A stretch of DNA of 64,000 nt from an uncultured Anaerolineae bacterium. GTDB taxonomy: Bacteria > Chloroflexota > Anaerolineae > CG2-30-64-16. Positions 10,332 through 17,826 of the stretch are shown here, in pieces (position 1 is the stretch's first letter; each line of letters starts with the position of its first letter). The notes beneath the pieces were generated by a model. It did no database searches and was not told the DNA's origin. It saw only the letters and a program-made list of their open reading frames with translations. Location of the stretch: contig CAKZKT010000051.1 of NCBI GenBank assembly GCA_937124585.1, positions 16,398 through 80,397 of the forward strand, written 5' to 3'. Position numbers and translations under genes: made by a program.

Positions 10332-12587
10332 ATGACGCTGGTCTACCTCACGGTTGCCTGGTGTGTGGGCATCTGGCTGGCCCACCAGTTCTGGACGATC
10401 GGTCTGATCGGCTGCGAGACGCCCGGCTGGGCCTTCGCCATAGCGGCGATGTGCTCTGCCGGGCTTGCTATTTTATGGCGCCGGCAGCCATCTCGCCGTT
10501 GGCCCGCTGTCTTCCTGATGTTTGCCCTCCTGGGTGCCTGGCGCTACCAGCTCCGGCCATTTGTCGTCTGTCCCTCGACTACCACATTGGCGGCTTACAA
10601 TGGCTCTGTGGCCGCGCCGACTCGCGCCGTGATCGAGGGCGTCATCGTCGGCTATCCCGATGTGCGCGATACGGCCACGATCTACCATGTGCGCGCTGAT
10701 ACCCTGATCCTTGACGGTCAGGCCCGGCCCGTGCGGGGCGATGTGCGCGTCGAGGCGCCTCGTTATCCGGTTTTGGCCTACGGCGACCGGGTTCGCGCCG
10801 GCGGTCAGCTGATCACGCCGCCTTCCTTCGACGACTTCGACTACGCTGCCTATCTGAGCATCCATGGCATCCACAGTCTGCTGCGCCGCGCGCGCCTCGA
10901 GCGGATCAGCCCGGATCACGGCCATCCGCTGTGGGCGGCCCTGTATCGGCTGCGCGCTCGCGGGGCCGCCCTGCTCAATCGCGTCCTGCCGGAGCCGACG
11001 GCCGCGCTGGCGAACGGGATGCTGCTGGGCATCGAGAGCGGCATCCCCGACGCGGTGGATGAGGCCTTCAAAGTGACCGGTACCACGCATGTCATCGTCA
11101 TCTCCGGCAGCAACATCGCGCTGCTGACGGGCGTTCTCATGGCGCTGCTGGGCCGCGGCCTGGGACGAAGCCGCGCGCTGTTTCTCGTCGCCGCTCTCGT
11201 GATGCTCTATGTCCTGCTGGTCGGCGCCGACCCGCCGGCGCTGCGGGCCGGGATCATGGGCGTGCTATATGTGATTGCCATCGCGCTGGGCCGCGTGAGC
11301 ACTGCCTACGTCTCGCTCTGCGCCTCCGCGTTGGTCATGGCCTTGCTCAACCCGCTGGCATTGTGGGACGTCGGCTTCCAGCTCAGCTTTGCGGCCACCT
11401 TGGGGCTGATCCTGTTCACGGCGCCGCTCCAGGCGCGCTGCGAGCGTTTTTGCACGCGCCGGTTTTCTCCCGAACGTGCCCGCCAGATCACCGCCCTGTT
11501 GAACGACACGCTCATCGTGACCCTGGCCGCGCAGATCCTGACCCTGCCGCTGCTCGTTTACTATTTTGGCCGCCTGTCGCTGGTGGCGTTGCTTGCCAAT
11601 TTCTTGATCCTGCCTGCCCAACCGCCCATCATGGTCGGCGGCATGGCGACTTTGGCCGTGGGCCTGATTTGGGAAACGCTCGGCCGCATCGCGGCCGTGA
11701 TCCCCTGGCTCTTCCTGACCTACACGGTCACAGTGGTGCGCGGCCTGGCGACTGTGCCGCTGGCCGCAGTGGAGACGGGCGCGCTGGGCCGCCTGCTGGC
11801 CGTGCTGTACGGCGTCGGCCTGATCGGAGGACTGGCGTGGCGCCATTGGCCGCTGCTGCGCCGGATGATGCCGGCGCCGTCGGCGGCAGGGCGCTGGCTG
11901 GCGGTGGGGGGCATCTCCGGTTGGCTGATCTTGACCGCGGTCAACCAGATTCCCGATGGCCGCCTGCACATCACGTTCATCGCCGACGCGGCCGGCGAAG
12001 CGGCATTGGTGACCACGCCGACCGGCAGACGCGTCTGGCTGTGGGATGGTCGCGGCGACGGCGCCGTCCTGGCCGCCGCGACGCGCGACCAGTTGCGAAT
12101 CGGCCAGTCGGGGGTCGGCCTGGCATTCGGGCCGGATGCCGGCCGCTATTGGCCGGCTGCGCAAGTTTTCGAGCCGGCGCAGATGCCTGCCGGCAGCCGG
12201 CTGCGCCTCGACGGAGGCGTGGAGCTGACGCGGCTAGCCGCCGGCTCGGCATGGCTGGTGCGCTATGGCCGGTTTCGCACGCTCGCGCCGGCGACGCTCG
12301 CGCCGGAGGCGCAGGCCGAACTGATGCACGGCGCGCCCGCCGATCTCGCGCTCACTTTCCTGAAGGCGCCCGGCGCCGGCACTTCCACCTGGCCGACGAC
12401 CGCCTTCCTCGCCGTGACCGCGCCGCAGATCGTCCTTTGGCCGGAAGCTGCCACCTATCCGCCCGATGTCGCCGAATGGCTGAGTGGCCTGCGCACTGCC
12501 CGTATCCCCGATGAAGGCGTAGTCGAAGTGATTACCGACGGCATGCGGCTGTGGCTGCGCCAGCGCAGCGGCGTGGTGCAGCGATAA
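10332..12587 (+). CDS. comEC: ComEC/Rec2-family DNA internalization channel protein
   Basis: DUF4131-like N-terminus, a Competence domain with TGTTHVIVISGSNIALL, many TM helices, and a C-terminal metallo-beta-lactamase-like fold (HITFIADAAGEAALVTTPTGRRVWLWDG). The start is placed at ATG 10332, after the 10260 hairpin; the ORF-track GTG 10191 extension is rejected. Confidence 0.75.
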   Translation: MTLVYLTVAWCVGIWLAHQFWTIGLIGCETPGWAFAIAAMCSAGLAILWRRQPSRRWPAVFLMFALLGAWRYQLRPFVVCPSTTTLAAYNGSVAAPTRAVIEGVIVGYPDVRDTATIYHVRADTLILDGQARPVRGDVRVEAPRYPVLAYGDRVRAGGQLITPPSFDDFDYAAYLSIHGIHSLLRRARLERISPDHGHPLWAALYRLRARGAALLNRVLPEPTAALANGMLLGIESGIPDAVDEAFKVTGTTHVIVISGSNIALLTGVLMALLGRGLGRSRALFLVAALVMLYVLLVGADPPALRAGIMGVLYVIAIALGRVSTAYVSLCASALVMALLNPLALWDVGFQLSFAATLGLILFTAPLQARCERFCTRRFSPERARQITALLNDTLIVTLAAQILTLPLLVYYFGRLSLVALLANFLILPAQPPIMVGGMATLAVGLIWETLGRIAAVIPWLFLTYTVTVVRGLATVPLAAVETGALGRLLAVLYGVGLIGGLAWRHWPLLRRMMPAPSAAGRWLAVGGISGWLILTAVNQIPDGRLHITFIADAAGEAALVTTPTGRRVWLWDGRGDGAVLAAATRDQLRIGQSGVGLAFGPDAGRYWPAAQVFEPAQMPAGSRLRLDGGVELTRLAAGSAWLVRYGRFRTLAPATLAPEAQAELMHGAPADLALTFLKAPGAGTSTWPTTAFLAVTAPQIVLWPEAATYPPDVAEWLSGLRTARIPDEGVVEVITDGMRLWLRQRSGVVQR

Positions 12588-12613
12588 TGGCTTGCGACTG
12601 GCGTGCAACCGGT

Positions 12614-12665
12614 TTGTGTGGAAGTATGATTATGCACTATAATAAATAGGTCGAGACCAGGTCTC
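12614..12665 (+). promoter_or_regulatory. Near-consensus sigma-70 promoter plus palindromic operator-like site for the RAMP operon
   Basis: TTGTGT (12614-12619), an 18-nt AT-rich spacer, then a perfect TATAAT (12638-12643). The palindrome GAGACCAGGTCTC (12653-12665) sits at the predicted +1 region. The direct repeat GTAAAC(N15)GTAAAC follows, then AGGAGG 7 nt before ATG 12718. Confidence 0.5.
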
Positions 12666-12717
12666 CCTGTAAACTTGCAGAACTCGCGTAAACAGACCTT
12701 TGAGCCAGGAGGAGAAC

Positions 12718-15700
12718 ATGATCATTCGCGGCAAACTGATCGCGGAAACGCCGATCTATCGAGGCAATGCTCGCAAGACACTCTTCACCCGTGACAGCGA
12801 TGGCACCCAGCGGCTGGTCTCGCTTGCGGGTGAGATCTCGGGAACGGCCCAGGCGCTGATGGACGCTTTCATCGGTCAGTCCCGCGATGGTCGGAACATG
12901 GGGCTATTGAATCGCGCCTGGCGCCGGCTCTACGGTGACCCGTTGCCCGATGGCCTGATCACGCGCGTCGAATGTCGGCTCCCGGAAGCAATGTACACGC
13001 AGGATCGCTTTTTCGACCTGCGCATGGGCCTGAAGTTGGACGAGGACCGTTGGGCGGCCGAGGCGAATGCCAACTACAAGATGGAGACCGTCTTCCGCCA
13101 TACCGGTTTCGACTTCAGCATGATGGTCAACGATGCCGTGCTGGAGCGCGGGGAAAACCGGGTCCGGCTCTACGCCCTGCTGGAGGAGATGGCGGCTGGT
13201 CGGTTCTGGTTTGGCGCCGGGAAGAGCAAAGGGCTGGGCCGGCTGCGGCTGGAAGCCGATCTGAGGAGCCTCACGCCCGCCGCGCCCGCTTTCCGTCCCG
13301 AAGTCAACCATTTGAAGATCGTGCTCCGCTTCAACGCCGATAACCCGGTGCTGGTCGGCTGGAATTGGGGCAAGGTAGATCCGGCCGTGCCGGCCTTCGC
13401 TGCCATCGAGGGCCGGTTGCTCATCGCGGCCATGCGCGACATCCCCGATCCGATCCGCCAGCGGCTCGAGCTCGTCATCGGCGGGCCCATCCTCAGCCCG
13501 GAAGACTGGAAACGCCGGCTGGCCGAGTATCTGCCGCGCGCCATCGCGCTCTGGCTTCAGGAGCGATCGAGCAGCCAGTCTGAAGTGTGGATTCTGCACG
13601 AAAACGCGCTGGCCAGGCTGGCCAAAGGCAAATACCCGCTGTCGCAGAAAGCGCTCGACGCGGTCAAGCCGCTCTGCGAGCAGCCATTTCCCGATGCCGC
13701 AGCCGCAGAAGCGGCCCTCAGGGAGCGCATCGGCAACCAGGCCAAACGCGTCCTGGAGATCATGGAACGGCAGCAGCAGGCCGGCCACCAACTTGACATG
13801 GCCGCCTGGCACGAGGTGAGCGATAGCCTGGGCCTGGATGCCACGCCGGTCGAGACGCTGGCGGCGCAGCTGGACGATGAAACGGCCCTCACCCAGACCC
13901 TCGCCGAAGCGTGTCGGCCGGTCATGGCGCGGCTCTATCAGCAGGTAGACCAGCAGGTGGATCTCCTGCGCAGCGACGCCTGGGTGGATGCCGAGATCGC
14001 CAATCGAGAGGTACATCTCAAGATCAAACAGATGCTGCTGGAGGGCAAGATCAGCGAGGCGCAATGGATGAACCGCAATCAGCCGCCCGCAGGGATCAGC
14101 CCGGCGGCCTGGCGCAGTTTCCTGGAAGAACATAGCCGGGTGCGCTATCAGCACATCATCCATCCGGCGAACCTGCGCAAGAGCATCACCAACGACCGCA
14201 ACTTCATCGCCTTCCTGCAGAGCTACCGGGCGAAGGCGCGCCAGGAACTTTCGCAGCCGTACCATGTGGACTTCCGCAGCGGCGGCCCGTTCAATCGCGA
14301 TGTTGCACGCAAATACGGCAAGCCCTACGACACCATGTTCATGCGCATGTTGACCTGGAGCCCGGCCGCGCGCGAGGGCGCGTGGGAGATCTATATCCCC
14401 GGCAGCACCATCAAGGGCGCGTTTCGCAAGCGCGCCTCGCAGGTGCTGAAGACGCTCTGGGGCGAATCGCCGCGCGTGACCGAGATTTTGGATTATCTGT
14501 TCGGCCGCCAGGGACAGCGCGGGGCCATCTACTTCTCCGATGCCTATCTGACCGATCCCACGCAGCCCGAGGAGGTCTGGTGTTCGATGGACGGCGTGCG
14601 CATGGATCCGGCGACGGCTCGCCCTGTGGAGACTGCCAAGCACGATTACCTGTTCGCCTATGGCGATCAGCTTAACTTCCAGCTGCAACTGGAGTTGCAA
14701 GACCTCACCGAGCGCGATCGGCCCGCGCTGGCCGTCCTGATCAACCTGCTGAAAGATTTCCAGCAGGGCGACATCGTCCTGGGCGGCGAGAAGACCGTCG
14801 GGTTCGGCTGGGTGAAGGCCCGCGTCAGCGAGATCACCTGGCTGACGGCCGATCCGGCCAACAAGCTGTTGGCCGATATCCTGCCCGAACGGCCCTTGAC
14901 CCGTGTCGGGCCCTGGCATCAGCTGACGTTGCGCGACGAAGAGGCGGCCGAGGTAATGTGGCGCGCGCCACTGCCCGCGGCCACCCGGGTCGAGGTCCGG
15001 CCGCCACGTGCTCGGGAAGGCTTCATCTCGCACCGGGCCTTCGGCGGCTACTCCGGCATATTGGCCGTGGAGGTCGAAGTGTTGACCCCTCTCCATGTTC
15101 GGGAGAGCGGCGAGCCATCGCGGCGCGCGGTCCTGGCCGATGGCAACGTGAACGGCTGGGACTGCTTCTCGTTCGCGCCGGCCGAGGCTGCTCTGCGGCC
15201 AGATGCCCGGCTCTACGCGCTGCCCAGCCGCAGCCTGAAGGGGTTGCTGCGCCACATCTACGCGGTCGCCAGCGACGCGAAGGGAGAGAGCCCGGCCCTG
15301 GATCGTCTGAACCCGGCCGACAGCCTGTTCGGATGGGTGGGTGCCGGCCCGAACCAGGCCATCATGGGGCGGCTGGCGTTTGGCTTTGCGCCGTTTGACG
15401 AGACGCCGGAGCTGGCCTGGTTCAAAGTGCCCTACCCCTACGGCGGCTGGATCTGCGAGAACGGCGTCTGGCGCCAGAGTACGACCAAAACGGTGCCGAT
15501 GTTCCAGATAGACAAGACCTGGCGGCTCTTCTTCCACGCGCCGCTCGCGCCGATCGTGAAGCGCCTGGAAGATTTCACGCCCGATACCGTGCAGGCCAGC
15601 TATACACGCGCGATCTTGCCGGGCGCAAAGGCGCGCTTCGACATTCGTTTCTGGAATCTGGAACAGGAAGAGCTGCAGCGCCTCATCTGGTGCATCGAGC

Positions 15701-15933
15701 TGGAGGAGGGCCTGGCGCACAAGTTGGGCCATCACCGCTATGTCGGCTTCGGCAGCGTGCGCCTGCGTATCCTGCCCGAGAGCGTGCTGTGGGACTGGAC
15801 GAAGCGCTACACCGATCAGGATGAGGGACGCCTGCCGCTGCGCGTTGCAGAGTGGTTCGAGCCCAAAGTGGTGGCGCACCGCGCGGCGCTGCTGAAGGCG
15901 CTTGATGCGCGCGTGCTGTCCGGCAATCGCTGA
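12718..15933 (+). CDS. Giant multi-RAMP fusion protein: three Cas7-like RAMP domains plus a ~300-aa alpha-helical insert (candidate single-subunit type III-like effector)
   Basis: Domain 1 (aa 1-185): beta1 MIIRGKLIAETPIYRG, glycine-rich loop WFGAGKSKGLGRLRLE (nt ~13210-13254). Domain 2 (aa ~540-715): IPGSTIKGAFRKRASQ (nt ~14394-14441), LFGRQGQRGAIYFSDAYL, glycine-rich loop GGEKTVGFGWVKA (~14785-14823). Domain 3 (aa ~785-1050): ILAVEVEVLTPLHV, LPSRSLKGLLRH (~15222-15257), LFGWVGAGPNQAIMGRLAFGFAPF, glycine-rich loop GHHRYVGFGSVRLRI. The start is ATG 12718 rather than the ORF-track TTG 12700. Confidence 0.85.
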   Translation: MIIRGKLIAETPIYRGNARKTLFTRDSDGTQRLVSLAGEISGTAQALMDAFIGQSRDGRNMGLLNRAWRRLYGDPLPDGLITRVECRLPEAMYTQDRFFDLRMGLKLDEDRWAAEANANYKMETVFRHTGFDFSMMVNDAVLERGENRVRLYALLEEMAAGRFWFGAGKSKGLGRLRLEADLRSLTPAAPAFRPEVNHLKIVLRFNADNPVLVGWNWGKVDPAVPAFAAIEGRLLIAAMRDIPDPIRQRLELVIGGPILSPEDWKRRLAEYLPRAIALWLQERSSSQSEVWILHENALARLAKGKYPLSQKALDAVKPLCEQPFPDAAAAEAALRERIGNQAKRVLEIMERQQQAGHQLDMAAWHEVSDSLGLDATPVETLAAQLDDETALTQTLAEACRPVMARLYQQVDQQVDLLRSDAWVDAEIANREVHLKIKQMLLEGKISEAQWMNRNQPPAGISPAAWRSFLEEHSRVRYQHIIHPANLRKSITNDRNFIAFLQSYRAKARQELSQPYHVDFRSGGPFNRDVARKYGKPYDTMFMRMLTWSPAAREGAWEIYIPGSTIKGAFRKRASQVLKTLWGESPRVTEILDYLFGRQGQRGAIYFSDAYLTDPTQPEEVWCSMDGVRMDPATARPVETAKHDYLFAYGDQLNFQLQLELQDLTERDRPALAVLINLLKDFQQGDIVLGGEKTVGFGWVKARVSEITWLTADPANKLLADILPERPLTRVGPWHQLTLRDEEAAEVMWRAPLPAATRVEVRPPRAREGFISHRAFGGYSGILAVEVEVLTPLHVRESGEPSRRAVLADGNVNGWDCFSFAPAEAALRPDARLYALPSRSLKGLLRHIYAVASDAKGESPALDRLNPADSLFGWVGAGPNQAIMGRLAFGFAPFDETPELAWFKVPYPYGGWICENGVWRQSTTKTVPMFQIDKTWRLFFHAPLAPIVKRLEDFTPDTVQASYTRAILPGAKARFDIRFWNLEQEELQRLIWCIELEEGLAHKLGHHRYVGFGSVRLRILPESVLWDWTKRYTDQDEGRLPLRVAEWFEPKVVAHRAALLKALDARVLSGNR

Positions 15934-15938
15934 CCGGT

Positions 15939-16811
15939 ATGCTGACACATTTCGACTGGCTACGGCGCAGCTGCAGCGGTCCGGAATTGTTGGCGACGCT
16001 CCAATACCTGGAGACCAACCCCGACCTGCCGACGGAAGACAGCGAGATGGGACCCCCGCCTTCGGCCGGGACGGCACCGTGCGCGCGCTGCTGGATCTAT
16101 CCGCGCGCGGTGGGACGCTATTGTGTCACCTGTCACGCCATCCTCGATCGTGCCTGGCGCCTGCGTGATGTCATCCCCCGGACGATCGTGATCTGGGGCT
16201 TCGTCAATCGCGTGCCCAAGGCCCGGCCGGGCCGCCAGAGCTTTGCCGGCAGCAACATCCTGGGGCAATACGTTCACGACGAGCGGCGTTTTCTGCTGAT
16301 GTTGCCGCACGACGAACTGAAGTCCTGGTTGCACGACCTGGCGCTCTACTACGGGATCGAGTTGAAGGGGCTTTTGCAGATCTTTCCGACCACGGGCGGC
16401 CGGGCGGCCCACATGGGCGACCTGCTGGTGCGCATGGTTCACCATGAAGCGCGCTTCCCGCCCGACAAGCTGCGCATTCGCTTCTTCGCCAAACTGGACC
16501 AGGTCTTCCATCCGCGACCGTACGAAAAGGAGGGCGTCCTGACCTTCGAGGCGGCCGAATTCCTGCGCACCCTGGAGCTGGCGACCGTCTTCCGCACTCT
16601 GCTGCGGCCGGATGAGCAGAAAACTCTTTACAAGCTGCTGCACATGACCGACTCCGCGCAGTCGCAGCTCTATTGGGGCCGCTTTTGGGGCCTGCTCAGC
16701 CAGGAGGCGCGCGATCTGATCAATGCCTGGGGCATCCGAACCTGGACGGAGTATCAGATCAGCCTGCTGTACGAGTTAGTGGACTATGTTGCCTTTGATC
16801 AGCCAGGTTAA
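15939..16811 (+). CDS. Hypothetical protein with an N-terminal CxxC...CxxC zinc-ribbon, translationally coupled to the RAMP gene
   Basis: CARCWIYPRAVGRYCVTCH. The ATG lies 5 nt after the upstream stop. No recognisable catalytic motifs. Confidence 0.6.
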   Translation: MLTHFDWLRRSCSGPELLATLQYLETNPDLPTEDSEMGPPPSAGTAPCARCWIYPRAVGRYCVTCHAILDRAWRLRDVIPRTIVIWGFVNRVPKARPGRQSFAGSNILGQYVHDERRFLLMLPHDELKSWLHDLALYYGIELKGLLQIFPTTGGRAAHMGDLLVRMVHHEARFPPDKLRIRFFAKLDQVFHPRPYEKEGVLTFEAAEFLRTLELATVFRTLLRPDEQKTLYKLLHMTDSAQSQLYWGRFWGLLSQEARDLINAWGIRTWTEYQISLLYELVDYVAFDQPG

Positions 16812-17826
16812 TCTGATCCGCTACCTGATCGTCTGGCGGGTGAACAGTTCGCTGGTGCACTTGTCGCGCTGTCTCGCCACCGATGTCTCGCGCACGCTCG
16901 CCATGTTGATCGCTGAGCGTCTGCCGACGCAGCAGGCGCGGCCGTGGCGCAAGACGGTGCAGCTTTGGAACAGCATCGCGGGCGATGCGGGCGCAGCCGA
17001 CGACGGCGAGGCGCAGGCGTCACCGAAACAACCGGCCTCTCAGGCGCCGGCCGATGAAGAGGCATTCTGGCCGGCCTGGCCGATCGAAGCAGTCGTGTGG
17101 CCATATCCCGGCAAGCGCATCTATGGCCAGGGCGAACCGCTCATATGGGAGCTGAAGCTGCTCGGCAACGACGCCGACCACGGCCTGTTTTTGGAGGTGC
17201 TGTTGCCGGCGATGGAAGCGGCGGCTGTCACCTCCGACGAGCGGTGGCATCGGTCGCGCACGTTGTGGGGGCGGTTCGACATTGACAGCATCTACGTCAG
17301 CCGCGGGCCGCGCTGGGAGCCGATTGCGCGCGGCGGTCGGCTCGACCTGAGCTGCCGCGTGACGCCCGTGCAGTGGGCCGAGGGGTTCGGCGAAGAGAGG
17401 CAGGAAAAGCCCCTACGGCGTCGCCTCATCTGGCTCACTCCGTTCGACCTGCCGGTGCTCGCGACGGCCGCCGACGCTCAGGACGCGACACGGCCGGCGC
17501 GACCGGCCGTGCCGGCGCTGGCCGACATCCTGGAGGCGCTGATGGAGCGGGTGGCCGGCCTGGCGGCGGGCAAACGCGCCCGCGCCGAACAGGCCTGGGC
17601 GCTCCTCTCGGCCGAAGAGCGGGCCGCCTTGCAGGAGGCTTGCGCAGCGGGCCCAGTGGTGAGGGCAGAATTGCAACGCGCCGATTGGGCCTGGCCCGGC
17701 CGCTGGATCGGCGAGCAGACCTTCCGCCAGATCGCGGCCGTCCTGTGGCCCTATTTGGATCTGGCCTCTATCGTGCACATCGGCCGCCACACCCATTTCG
17801 GCTGTGGCGCTTTCACGTTGGTCTAG
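16786..17826 (+). CDS. Cas6-like RAMP protein (putative endoribonuclease) with a C-terminal glycine-rich loop
   Basis: C-terminal ...VHIGRHTHFGCGAFTLV (nt ~17773-17823) fits the Cas6 G-phi-G-R-x-T-S-x-G-phi-G loop. N-terminal beta-alpha pattern IRYLIVWRVNSSLVHLSRCLATDVSRTLAMLIAERL. Overlaps the upstream gene by 26 nt. Confidence 0.6.
   Translation: MLPLISQVNLIRYLIVWRVNSSLVHLSRCLATDVSRTLAMLIAERLPTQQARPWRKTVQLWNSIAGDAGAADDGEAQASPKQPASQAPADEEAFWPAWPIEAVVWPYPGKRIYGQGEPLIWELKLLGNDADHGLFLEVLLPAMEAAAVTSDERWHRSRTLWGRFDIDSIYVSRGPRWEPIARGGRLDLSCRVTPVQWAEGFGEERQEKPLRRRLIWLTPFDLPVLATAADAQDATRPARPAVPALADILEALMERVAGLAAGKRARAEQAWALLSAEERAALQEACAAGPVVRAELQRADWAWPGRWIGEQTFRQIAAVLWPYLDLASIVHIGRHTHFGCGAFTLV

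Noticed and set aside
12904-16077. 1057-aa minus-strand ORF antisense to the RAMP gene, and similar long shadow ORFs (2562..4427 +, 5474..7414 +, 26031..28442 -, 35292..37115 -, 37109..38437 -, 47960..49867 -).
   Set aside because: These are typical open antisense frames in a ~70% GC genome. They are Arg/Gly/Pro-rich low-complexity translations with no motifs, while the opposite strand carries clear family signatures.
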